64,000 nucleotides of DNA from a virus: the IMG/VR virus record IMGVR_UViG_3300025133_005699, positions 32,001-96,000 of that record; one strand, given 5' to 3'. The notes below the pieces were generated by a model, which saw only the letters and a program-made list of their open reading frames with translations, did no database searches and was not told the DNA's origin. Below are positions 28,099 to 37,193 of this stretch, piece by piece. The translations under genes and the position numbers were made by a program. Every line of letters starts with the position of its first letter. Positions within the stretch are counted from its first letter, which is position 1.

Positions 28099-31000
28099 AT
28101 GGGTAGGCCAGCGTGCAGCTCTTGTTGTAAAGTAATAGAAATCCTCCCTACGAGGAGCGGGTGTCGTGACCAATACTATAAAGTATATTATAAGTTAGGG
28201 GGTGGCGGATGGAAGACGTCCGATGAATATGATGACCACTTGCAAAATAATGAGCTTAAGTTAGGCGACAAAATAGGTGCTGCTTGGCGTTCCACCCGCA
28301 ATAAATCCCCAGCGACAGCCACAGTCACCATAACTGATGTTGCTGAGCTTGCTATCGGAGACAAAGTGACTCTGCGGGCAACAGATGCCCCAGCTACGGA
28401 TATTGATTTTAGCGTAGCCTTGGCCGGACCTAATACTTGGGCTGTTGCCTTAACAAACGCCGCCACGGCAACTAGCTTGGCAGCAGCGATTGACGACCAC
28501 CCCGATTTTAGCGCTTCGGCAGTCGGTGAGGTTGTAACGATCACGCAGGAAACCAAGGGGCTGGCAGGAAACACCCCCGTGACGTTAACAGATGCCGGAA
28601 TTGCTGGCATGACCTCGACAGATTTCGTTGATGGCAGCGATAGTAAAGCCCACAGATTCCCCTTCGATTGGAGTGGTCGCCGTTGGGACGGATCGATGGG
28701 CTACAACGCCGTTTTTCCATATACCATTACCAACATAGTGGCGACGGGACCAAATGGTGAACCTACTAAGATTGAACTTACACCTCTACCTTGGGGTGGC
28801 TATCCGGCAGTCGGTAGCCCCTTCGTGATCGACGTAACAGAAACAAGCACCTATGAACTAAGAAAAGAGGACGGCATTGTCGTGTGGAATAAGAAGGGTT
28901 TTAAAGGTCTAACAGCAATAAAGTATGTCCTTACCAAGTCTGATTATGGTGAATACCTTTTGGGCAAAACAGAAGATTGGCCCGCAGTCAGCTGTTGGAC
29001 TTTCGGTCAGGACTTTTATAATCCAAACGATACAGATGCTGAGATAATGGATAATTTCAAATCTGGGGATCAAGACGTTGGCTGGCATCTACCAGCCCGT
29101 TGGACCGCTACGATTGGCGATGCTAATGGGCAAAATATAGTAGTTACTAAACAGATTTCTGGGAACATCTCGCGCGCAAGTTTCGAAAGAAAGCCAAGCC
29201 CAGATCATATACCACCAACCGTGTTGATGAATGTTGACTGTAGGGATAATCTAGGGGTCGATCAATCTGGTCGCATAGACTGTCTGCCCTCAGAGAAAGA
29301 TGCTTTTGGTCAATGCCCGACTGTTAAGCCGGTTCTTGCTTGGAAAGATTGGTTAATCAACAACGGCTATCTAAAGCCCGGCACTTACGGGGGAGTTGTA
29401 GATTCAGGTAAACCTAGTAATTTCTCAGTTCAGGTTACAGATTATTTTGTAGAACATACTACAAAAATAACCCACAATGGAAAAATAATATCTGACACCG
29501 TTACAGAGACGCTCTATAAGACCGAGCGGAGGCTATTTAATTTTGGAGTTGATACCTACGCGGGAACTTGCACCAGCTTCCGAATGGGTATGAAGATATC
29601 AGGCCAAGGGGGGGCCGTTTCAAGTACATTGTGGGGCACCAACATGGACGAGTATACTTCGCTAAGTTACTGTCTTACGTATCCATTTTTTAGCCATGAA
29701 CACGGTACATATTATTTCCGCAACGGTGTGGATGTCGATTTCACCCCACCTCCAGACGGAACAATAGAGGATACGGATGGAATAGAATTTTATCATGCAG
29801 ATAAAAAATTGTTTAACAAAATAAGTGTAGAGTCTACAGAGTTTAGGGTGTTCAACCCATACTCGAATGCAGGCCCTGAGGGGGTGGGGAGAGTGGTAAC
29901 AGGTAGCGAGCTTGAGGACTATACTACCATTGATCCACGTTTTAAACCCCAAAACCCATATCCGTACTATGGAGGTATACAGGCCGCAGAACATGGGGAC
30001 AGTCTTAACACTTGGCAAACGTGGTATGTAACTCCGCCGAGCGCTATATATACTGACAACAAGCTGAGCCTTTCGAGAGAAGAGCCTCAAAGTATAGTGG
30101 CGGAGGATCAATCTCTAGATAAGATAGTGGAACTCCCAGTGGGTTGGCCTAGAGTTGATGGAAAGCTCGGTCAGTCAGTTGAAACATTTGAAAAATATAT
30201 GCTCTCGAACCCCAGAAAACACGAAGAAGGCGGCCCATATATTGATATTATTTTTGTGTCATTCAGAACGAAGAGGGGTGCTGATGAATCTGGGATAGAT
30301 ATTGAAGAAGGTATGGAAGTATATCATCCTGTGGGAGATGATGATAAATATACCATTAAACAAATATTAGAACAGGGGCCAAATCTTAAGCCTACCAAAG
30401 TCAGGATTAGTAGTGGTAGGATCATGAATGATAAGGTTGTTGATGTATCAGAGATTGAGCTATTAGAAGACGTACTTCAATACACTATGTGTGAACGTAC
30501 ATATAAATTACAGTTGGTATACCTCAAAGCTTTGAGCACAAAAGAGGGTAAAGATTATTATAATCCATTTAAATATAGGGTTACGCGGATTGATCTTATT
30601 AATCCGGACATTGATATAGATCGTGTAGGGAGTGAGATTTCCGGGAGCCCACAGATGGTAGATATTGAGGTGGGCGTTAAGGTTTTATATCCTATTGGGC
30701 AGTTTGACGCGAATGGTGATGCGATAGTTCCCGATGAATACACTATTGACGAAATAGTGGAGCCTGCGCCAGACTCTGAAAACGCTGGAGACGAACCCAC
30801 TAAGGTTAGGCTTAGCAACCCATTAGCCGGTGCTGATGGAGATGTGGTTGACGTGTCAGAGATTGAGCTGATAAACCCAAATGAAAACCCGACCTATATA
30901 AAGATGACGAATAACTGGACGCTTGATGTGTGGGATAGTCGAGCCGATTGGCTTGAAAGGGCCTACGGTTTTGATGTTTTTGGAGAAAGTTATTATTTGA

Positions 31001-31518
31001 GCCTAACCGAAGGAAACCCTGCAAATTTAGAGCCCGTTAAGTCATTACCAAAAGGTGTACGTAACACCCTTGTTACTAGTGAATTCGCCTTTGAAGAGTA
31101 TACTAGTACAACGGAGGAACTGGTAGACAAAAGAAAACAGGGTGCGACATATGGACAACATTCAAGGGAGAAAGGTGTCGAAAATGATAATATCTTTGCC
31201 AGCAGAGACAAGATGTTTCCGAAACAAACTCATTGGGTTATTGGAACGTATAATATGGGACGAGAGGCCCTAGCGTTCCAACACAAAGAAGATGGCACAG
31301 CGATGAGGCATAGCGGCGGCGCGAGGGTGACAAACCCGAAGGCTGGCTTGGGGGGTGGGTTTCCCAACGGGCAAGGTGGGAATCCTTGGAATTCCTATTA
31401 TCTTGGTCCACGCTGGGAGAATAGACAGCTACCTCAATCCGGGTATTTCTTTGGTGGAGGTTTCAAATTAAAATTTTATTTACAGGATATAGATGAATGG
31501 AAAAAAAAGCAGCTATAG
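28099..31518 (+). CDS. Mosaic tail tip/fiber-like protein with Cys-rich N-terminus
   Basis: 1139 aa starting MGRPACSSCC, with a sheath-like insert and an internally duplicated domain. Confidence 0.55.
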   Translation: MGRPACSSCCKVIEILPTRSGCRDQYYKVYYKLGGGGWKTSDEYDDHLQNNELKLGDKIGAAWRSTRNKSPATATVTITDVAELAIGDKVTLRATDAPATDIDFSVALAGPNTWAVALTNAATATSLAAAIDDHPDFSASAVGEVVTITQETKGLAGNTPVTLTDAGIAGMTSTDFVDGSDSKAHRFPFDWSGRRWDGSMGYNAVFPYTITNIVATGPNGEPTKIELTPLPWGGYPAVGSPFVIDVTETSTYELRKEDGIVVWNKKGFKGLTAIKYVLTKSDYGEYLLGKTEDWPAVSCWTFGQDFYNPNDTDAEIMDNFKSGDQDVGWHLPARWTATIGDANGQNIVVTKQISGNISRASFERKPSPDHIPPTVLMNVDCRDNLGVDQSGRIDCLPSEKDAFGQCPTVKPVLAWKDWLINNGYLKPGTYGGVVDSGKPSNFSVQVTDYFVEHTTKITHNGKIISDTVTETLYKTERRLFNFGVDTYAGTCTSFRMGMKISGQGGAVSSTLWGTNMDEYTSLSYCLTYPFFSHEHGTYYFRNGVDVDFTPPPDGTIEDTDGIEFYHADKKLFNKISVESTEFRVFNPYSNAGPEGVGRVVTGSELEDYTTIDPRFKPQNPYPYYGGIQAAEHGDSLNTWQTWYVTPPSAIYTDNKLSLSREEPQSIVAEDQSLDKIVELPVGWPRVDGKLGQSVETFEKYMLSNPRKHEEGGPYIDIIFVSFRTKRGADESGIDIEEGMEVYHPVGDDDKYTIKQILEQGPNLKPTKVRISSGRIMNDKVVDVSEIELLEDVLQYTMCERTYKLQLVYLKALSTKEGKDYYNPFKYRVTRIDLINPDIDIDRVGSEISGSPQMVDIEVGVKVLYPIGQFDANGDAIVPDEYTIDEIVEPAPDSENAGDEPTKVRLSNPLAGADGDVVDVSEIELINPNENPTYIKMTNNWTLDVWDSRADWLERAYGFDVFGESYYLSLTEGNPANLEPVKSLPKGVRNTLVTSEFAFEEYTSTTEELVDKRKQGATYGQHSREKGVENDNIFASRDKMFPKQTHWVIGTYNMGREALAFQHKEDGTAMRHSGGARVTNPKAGLGGGFPNGQGGNPWNSYYLGPRWENRQLPQSGYFFGGGFKLKFYLQDIDEWKKKQL

Positions 31519-33311
31519 GCATTAACGGACAAAGCTTTGCGGGACAATGCTATCGATGTTGGACATCATGTGGTAGCGAAATAGCTAAGTTTGCAAGTAA
31601 ATTTCCTCAGGGTATTTCTGTTGACGCTCAAAATGGCGCCAGTAATCCTAACCTTTTATATACAATAATCGGCGATCTTAGCGAATCGCGGCTTTATGAC
31701 CAGTCATCCTATTGGGATGAGAATCCCGGGTATAGTCTTTTTCCTGTAAATCTTACGGATGGGGTTTTTACTGTTCGGAACAAAGAAGCAACTATAGATG
31801 GCTGTGAACCTGAGGAAGAGAGAATAATCCCCAACTTTTGGGACCCCAGCGAGCCGCCACGGATTGTTCCTGCGGTTGATTGTATAGGCCCTCCTAATTG
31901 TGGCTATTGGACAAATCCAAATAATCCCCAAACCGGTGGTCCATCCCCCGATCTGAGTACCAAGAAGTGGGTGAAAGGCGACTGTACGACCACACAAGAC
32001 ACTGTATATGGTATACTTGAGGAGGTAAGACTATTTCCAGTCTGTGGAAAGCTAGAGGTGCAGGACAGCGGCAGTAATTACTATCAGTTTACACGCAGCA
32101 ATTATGGTATCGACGAACATCATGAGATACTCTTTCTGCTTGTAAAGTCGGTTTCTCCAGATGCGTCCATTTCTACCCGGTCTGAGCACCCTCATATGGT
32201 TGGAACCTCAAACTTAGATAATGTTTCTTATTATTATCGCAGGTCCGGCCCGGCTGCACTAACGGGCGGAATTAATAGAGGCAGGCGATTTGACAACAAT
32301 GAAGAGTTTAGGAATGTTGGGATGCAAAGGACTCTCAGGGCTGTAGAGCTTGGCAAAATAACAATAAAAGCATGTTGTGAAGAGGGCGCCTGTAAAAATT
32401 CCGCAACAGATCCGATTTATAACCCAAAATTTAGATGGTGGGATGATGGCCAACGGGGCACGACGTGTAACAACAATACAAAATACTTTCCGGAGGCCCA
32501 CGCGACAAGCGGGATGCAAGGCGACCCAGATTACAATGCGATGGGAGAACCGGTATTGTCGCCGGGCGGGCGCGATGGTTACTTCAATCGGGAGCCGAAG
32601 AGCACGATGCGGGAGTGGCAGAGGTGGGATTTTCAAGGTTATGACACCTACGCCGAGGCCCATAACGCTCTTTTAGAGCTGTCATATATAAGCGGTATAG
32701 ACAGATTTCCACAGACCGATCAATCTTTCGCAACAAGCACCCAAAAGGAATTTGCGGTTTTTCAGTATGGGAAAGGGCCCGGGGCGGGGACGAATACCAG
32801 CGGGTGGGGGCCGCCAAAGTCACCCGGACCAGCAAACTGGGCAAAGTATAGCGGAGTGGGCGGAAAGTCCCAATTAGATAGAGATGTAATAGTTAAAAGG
32901 CATATCGGCGGCAGGGCCACTATTATAGAGTCATTGAGTGGGGTGGGCCATGATGTCAACTTATATAACTTCAAACTGTCTGTAGATAACGACTCTTTTG
33001 ATCTTGATTCTTCGACAGAGTATTATCCATTAGCTGAAACAACTGGAGCCGGGCTCTCTGGAGGGACTGCACCGATGGAGTCGGCGGCTATAATAGGGGT
33101 AGAATTTTACGAAGCGAATCTTTCTTACGATGGTGATGGCGCAGCTATAAATAAAGAGTGGAACCTTGATTTTGGAAGTCCGATATACCAAAAACAATTT
33201 CCCTTTGAATATCATATTCTGGAACGGCTCCCTCTTGGTTTTCAGCAATCAAAGAATGTGACAAAAACTATACCGATTCCACTACTGACTACAGTTTTAA
33301 CTTATAAATAA
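31497..33311 (+). CDS. Cys-containing virion-associated protein; possibly the -1 frame continuation of 28099..31518
   Basis: 604 aa, overlaps the upstream ORF by 22 nt across an A8 run. Confidence 0.6.
   Translation: MEKKAAIGINGQSFAGQCYRCWTSCGSEIAKFASKFPQGISVDAQNGASNPNLLYTIIGDLSESRLYDQSSYWDENPGYSLFPVNLTDGVFTVRNKEATIDGCEPEEERIIPNFWDPSEPPRIVPAVDCIGPPNCGYWTNPNNPQTGGPSPDLSTKKWVKGDCTTTQDTVYGILEEVRLFPVCGKLEVQDSGSNYYQFTRSNYGIDEHHEILFLLVKSVSPDASISTRSEHPHMVGTSNLDNVSYYYRRSGPAALTGGINRGRRFDNNEEFRNVGMQRTLRAVELGKITIKACCEEGACKNSATDPIYNPKFRWWDDGQRGTTCNNNTKYFPEAHATSGMQGDPDYNAMGEPVLSPGGRDGYFNREPKSTMREWQRWDFQGYDTYAEAHNALLELSYISGIDRFPQTDQSFATSTQKEFAVFQYGKGPGAGTNTSGWGPPKSPGPANWAKYSGVGGKSQLDRDVIVKRHIGGRATIIESLSGVGHDVNLYNFKLSVDNDSFDLDSSTEYYPLAETTGAGLSGGTAPMESAAIIGVEFYEANLSYDGDGAAINKEWNLDFGSPIYQKQFPFEYHILERLPLGFQQSKNVTKTIPIPLLTTVLTYK
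31501..31509 (+). other. Candidate -1 slippery site (A8G, in-frame A_AAA_AAG)
   Basis: The upstream ORF reads TGG AAA AAA AAG CAG CTA TAG. A -1 slip enters the frame of 31497..33311. Confidence 0.45.
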
Positions 33312-33321
33312 GGAATTAAAT

Positions 33322-33723
33322 ATGCGTGAATGCAAAGGATGCTCGATAGAATTAATCTGTCATACTACCTGTATATGTGGAGTATGCGGGACCCTAAGCG
33401 AGCCTGAACCACCAACAGGAACGGAACCACCGACAGAACCCGCAAAGAAGCAAAAAATGCCCTCTGTATTTAAGCAGGCGAAAAACTTTGCTACGTCGGC
33501 AGCAAGACATATAGCTGACGGTGGACAAAACGTACCGGAGAACCTAAAAAGGGCTCGATTAGAGATATGTAGTGGTTGCGATAAGCTCTCTGGAGATAGA
33601 TGCTCTGAGTGTGGATGTATGGTATCAATGAAGGCTGCGTGGGCCTCAGAAGAGTGCCCGATAGGAAAATGGGAGAGATACAAACAAACTAGAGGAAAAT
33701 GCGGAGGGTGTGGAGGAAAATAA
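33322..33723 (+). CDS. Small Cys-rich metal-binding protein (DUF6171-like C-terminus)
   Basis: RLEICSGC...RCSECGC...K...CPIGKW, plus N-terminal CKGC/CICGVC and C-terminal CGGCG. AAGGA RBS. Confidence 0.6.
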   Translation: MRECKGCSIELICHTTCICGVCGTLSEPEPPTGTEPPTEPAKKQKMPSVFKQAKNFATSAARHIADGGQNVPENLKRARLEICSGCDKLSGDRCSECGCMVSMKAAWASEECPIGKWERYKQTRGKCGGCGGK

Positions 33724-33748
33724 CTTAAAATTTAACTTAAAACTAGGC

Positions 33749-33759
33749 ATTTTGTGTAT
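33749..33759 (+). promoter_or_regulatory. Candidate late-promoter motif ATTTTGTGTAT (copy 2)
   Basis: Same 11-mer as 2786-2796. It is preceded by a direct repeat TAACTTAAAA (33721-33730, 33733-33742). Confidence 0.4.
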
Positions 33760-33804
33760 TACATTATATAGGTGCCCTTAGATTGCAAAAAAGGAGATAT
33801 TATA

Positions 33805-34743
33805 ATGGCAGAAATCACATTTGGTATAGGAACACAGCAAAATATTGTTGGTTCTGGTTTAGGATTTTACGGTGCCACGTTTGGCTCATCGGTCCAAATC
33901 GGATCGTTCCAAGATTCAACATACGTAACTAACGCAGCTGGAACCGCACAAGGCCCAGCAGCCACGAACATAAAATTTAGTACACCGGGCTCTGGTACGC
34001 CCAGTACAGTGGGGTCAGGTATCCCCCTGACTAAAATGAATTCTGGAAACAGAACTTTCCACGTTAACTTTGACCATACTTCTGATGTCAATGTGCAAAA
34101 CTGTCAGCTAAGAATATACGATAGAACAGACACTAACTTCCCAGCATCTGGTGTTGTAACCAAAGTAGCAGAAATTGTTAACTTTGATGGCAAAACAACG
34201 GCAGCTTGGACGTCAAGCAACGGCTCTGATAATGTTGCTTATAATAGTAATTGCTATGGTTCTGGAGACATGTTTTGGTGGGGAGCTCCTTGGCCAGACG
34301 CAGGTACATGGCGAGCAGCACAAAATTACTACGATAACTCTTCTGGCGTTAGATTCCGGAACTTTACCCAGACTGAAGCAACGGCTGGTAATGGTAATGG
34401 CGACTCTAGACTTGGTGTGGTAACTGGTGACACTGAAACTGTCGGAGGTACTGGAGTAGTGGTTCCACTCTTCAATTCTCCCGGTAGTGGTGGGCACTTT
34501 GTTAACTCTGTTAATACAGATGTTGCCGCCGTACAGCCTAAATGGTTGCAATACTACGACAGCACGAACAGAGATACCGCAGCTGGCGGAACACCGAATC
34601 TCGGAACAAAAACCACGACCAATACTTTTGGCGGAACTGGATTAGCAAAAAGACATACTTGGTATGCTGCTCTTTCTGCATCTCCTCTTAGTATCGGTTC
34701 TAAGACGCAATATGGACTGTATGTATCTCTAGAGTACCTATAA
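33805..34743 (+). CDS. Probable virion structural protein (G/S/T/N-rich beta protein)
   Basis: Start moved to ATG 33805 after AAAGGAGA (312 aa). Last gene of the + arm. Confidence 0.6.
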   Translation: MAEITFGIGTQQNIVGSGLGFYGATFGSSVQIGSFQDSTYVTNAAGTAQGPAATNIKFSTPGSGTPSTVGSGIPLTKMNSGNRTFHVNFDHTSDVNVQNCQLRIYDRTDTNFPASGVVTKVAEIVNFDGKTTAAWTSSNGSDNVAYNSNCYGSGDMFWWGAPWPDAGTWRAAQNYYDNSSGVRFRNFTQTEATAGNGNGDSRLGVVTGDTETVGGTGVVVPLFNSPGSGGHFVNSVNTDVAAVQPKWLQYYDSTNRDTAAGGTPNLGTKTTTNTFGGTGLAKRHTWYAALSASPLSIGSKTQYGLYVSLEYL

Positions 34744-34767
34744 AGCTTGAGCCTTTTGGTCCATTAT

Positions 34768-34800
34768 AAAGCCCTTCACTCGCGTGTGGGGCTTTTTTTT
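34768..34800 (+). terminator. Rho-independent terminator of the structural arm
   Basis: AAAGCCCTTCAC-TCGC-GTGTGGGGC followed by T8. Confidence 0.85.
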
Positions 34801-34806
34801 ATGCAC

Positions 34807-34842
34807 AAAAAAACCCCGCCCAAGAATTAACTTGAGCGAGGT
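34807..34842 (-). terminator. Rho-independent terminator of the replication/glycosylation arm
   Basis: On the - strand: ACCTCGCTCAAG-TTAATT-CTTGGGCGGGG followed by T7. Confidence 0.85.
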
Positions 34843-34863
34843 AGCCCTAACCGGAGCTTCCCT

Positions 34864-35193
34864 TTATTCAAGGGATTTGGTCTTAGGATTCCACTTCTGC
34901 CAACCGCCATTATCGATCCAGTTGCCATCAGCATCTTTTCTTCGGGGGAATAAACCACCGCCCTGCTTGTTTGCACCAAACTGAAGTTTAGCATTACAGT
35001 CCATACATCGCAGCTCGTAGTACTCGTTACCTTCATTTTCTCTTACGACAAAACGTAGGTTTTCAGAACCACACTTCCCACAGGCAGATTCGCCGAATAC
35101 TTCCTGAAAGACAGCAATCTGTTTCCAGACGTCTCGTACTGTCTCACCATCAAATTCTACGCTCAGCTTGCTTAAATTATAGTTTACCTTCAT
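34864..35193 (-). CDS. Zinc-ribbon protein, possibly ssDNA-binding or a recombination accessory
   Basis: CGKC...CMDC. Likely start MKVNY at 35193 after GGAG. Confidence 0.6.
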   Translation of the reverse strand: MKVNYNLSKLSVEFDGETVRDVWKQIAVFQEVFGESACGKCGSENLRFVVRENEGNEYYELRCMDCNAKLQFGANKQGGGLFPRRKDADGNWIDNGGWQKWNPKTKSLE

Positions 35194-35195
35194 CT

Positions 35196-35969
35196 TTATG
35201 ATCTCCAATTCTTGTTATAGCCCAGTATGTTTTCAGGTATAACTTGCTGTTTAGTTTGATACTTGTTAAGGACTCCGAGCATTGCGGCAGCTTTGGTTTT
35301 CTCCACTATCTCAATTGACTCATAATCGCCCTCTCCAGAATTTACAAACTTCATGACATTGATATCTAGTTGTCTACACTTGTTATCAATAAAATTAATT
35401 TGTGAAGAGCTTACAATAGCGCCTTCATCCCATTCCCCATCGGTGGGGTTATCCTTTTGTACACTTTGTTGAACAATAGATACAATATCTTTTCTTGCCA
35501 ATTCCTCAGCAGCTAAACATCGCACCTTTAATGCTTTTCTAAGTGCCCTTCCTTCTGCTCGCGTACTCGCTGTGGCAACAGGGTGTGCACAGAATAAATC
35601 ATCTGTGTTCCCATGCCATACGTCTGCAACTTCCTTAAAAACCCTTAGCTCTCCAGAGTTCATCCAGTTGAAAACAACCTTATAAACTACCGTAGCTCTT
35701 CCGGGCCCATTTCCGTCCATAGCTGGAAAAACCTGATCGGGGCCAGACTCAATTACGTCACCAAGCAATAGCTCAGATACACGTCTTAGTCCAGCACAAA
35801 TAGGGTTTTTGTCTATCAGCTCATTCCTTTGAAAATGTGACATCACATAATCGCTCCAACCTTCACTACCGTAAGCTACTGCGTCTGAATCCGTTTCCTC
35901 TTCTGGAATCAAAACATCTTCGGTAATACTATCAACATCAAATAATTCTGTTTCAACTTGCTCTGGCAT
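35196..35969 (-). CDS. Putative Rad52/Sak-like single-strand annealing protein
   Basis: ATASTRAEGRALRKAL helix preceded by RATVVYKVVF..EVADV strands. C-terminal SSQINFI helical domain. Likely start MPEQ at 35969. Confidence 0.45.
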   Translation of the reverse strand: MPEQVETELFDVDSITEDVLIPEEETDSDAVAYGSEGWSDYVMSHFQRNELIDKNPICAGLRRVSELLLGDVIESGPDQVFPAMDGNGPGRATVVYKVVFNWMNSGELRVFKEVADVWHGNTDDLFCAHPVATASTRAEGRALRKALKVRCLAAEELARKDIVSIVQQSVQKDNPTDGEWDEGAIVSSSQINFIDNKCRQLDINVMKFVNSGEGDYESIEIVEKTKAAAMLGVLNKYQTKQQVIPENILGYNKNWRS

Positions 35970-35970
35970 A

Positions 35971-36741
35971 TCAACAAATCTCCAATTCAATAAGTCTTTT
36001 GTTCTTAGATGGGAATTTTTTCTCTACTTGCTGAAGAACAGGTTCAACAAGTTCCCACAACCTTCTACCAACCGAACGGGTGAACGTAGGGCATAGGTAC
36101 TTTACTCTAATTACACAATAGCCTCTTTTGACAAGAACGCCATTCTTAATTATATCGTGTTTTACATAACCCCGTAACATCTTTTCTCCAAAAACTGGCT
36201 CAAAGTGTTGGGGCCCATCTACCTCTATTATAGTCGAAAGCTCGGGCAAAAACAAGTCCATTTCATATTTTGTACCTTCTATTAGGTCTTTTTTATGAAG
36301 GATAACTTCCCTGCCTGATGCGTGAATTTTTTCATAAAGGAGTCTTTCGGGCTTTGAACCTTCCTTGATTGTTAGCAATAAAGCTTTAGCCGCCTTACTG
36401 CGTAACTCCTCCTTGTCGTGGTCAGACATGTTTTCCCATTGCTCTTTAGCAAGGGCAGATCTGCGTTTACGTTCTTTTTTTGGCAAGTCCGCCCACGCCT
36501 TTTCCAGACTGATACTAATTTTATCTTTAACCTTTTCGGTTCTAGTCTTTCCCTTTGTTGGGTGGGAATGTCTACCAGACTTTAAAGCCTCTTTTTGAGC
36601 CTCGCTTTTGCTGCGTAACTCAACACCATTAGATATTAACACTCTGCGTATTTTATTGGGATACGTGTCAAAGTTATCTGCAATGGCTTTCGTGCTTAGG
36701 TTATTTTTTGTATACATTTCTATTACTGTTTTTACGTCCAT
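35971..36741 (-). CDS. Homing-type endonuclease: HTH + NUMOD3-like + DUF559/Vsr-like domain
   Basis: KGKTRTEKVKDKIS (NUMOD3-like), SKPE, YEMDLF, IEVDGPQH, GYCVIRV. Confidence 0.7.
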   Translation of the reverse strand: MDVKTVIEMYTKNNLSTKAIADNFDTYPNKIRRVLISNGVELRSKSEAQKEALKSGRHSHPTKGKTRTEKVKDKISISLEKAWADLPKKERKRRSALAKEQWENMSDHDKEELRSKAAKALLLTIKEGSKPERLLYEKIHASGREVILHKKDLIEGTKYEMDLFLPELSTIIEVDGPQHFEPVFGEKMLRGYVKHDIIKNGVLVKRGYCVIRVKYLCPTFTRSVGRRLWELVEPVLQQVEKKFPSKNKRLIELEIC

Positions 36742-37193
36742 AGTATTTTCTCCATTTTCTCCATATCCCAGTCATCAACGATGCCTGCGACTTTTTTGTT
36801 AGAGTAGTTTTCAAACAGCTCCTTGTGGGAGTAGCTTCTAGTTATTATATTAAGTTCCGGGTTTCTTACAACAGATGAAACATAGTTAAAGTCCATCGGC
36901 TTCCTTAACCATTCTAAGTCCCATAGGTATAGGAATTTCTTGGCATTATTCTTTGTCTTTATCATCATGTTCGCACAATCAACACTTGTCGCAATCGCGA
37001 CCCCATCAAATTTAGCATAATAAGAAATATTCATACATGCGAAAAATGGTGTTATTGGAGCCGCACTTAATGTGCTATAAAAACACATAGGTGAACAGTC
37101 CGTATCCTCCTTCATTTTATTAAAAGCCTTTATAAGGTAATAAGACTCTTGTGAGGTTGACAGTGTTTCAATTATCGCCGCTATCTTTTTCAT
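36732..37193 (-). CDS. Stand-alone GT-B N-terminal-like half domain
   Basis: 153 aa; GVAIATS...KKFLYLWDLEW...IITRS. No C-terminal nucleotide-binding half. Confidence 0.45.
   Translation of the reverse strand: MKKIAAIIETLSTSQESYYLIKAFNKMKEDTDCSPMCFYSTLSAAPITPFFACMNISYYAKFDGVAIATSVDCANMMIKTKNNAKKFLYLWDLEWLRKPMDFNYVSSVVRNPELNIITRSYSHKELFENYSNKKVAGIVDDWDMEKMEKILWT

Noticed and set aside
270-31518. Stop-codon reassignment (TAG read-through) as in some large phages
   Set aside because: Very long ORFs are intact under code 11, and TAG stops (272, 24309, 31518) fall at sensible gene boundaries.
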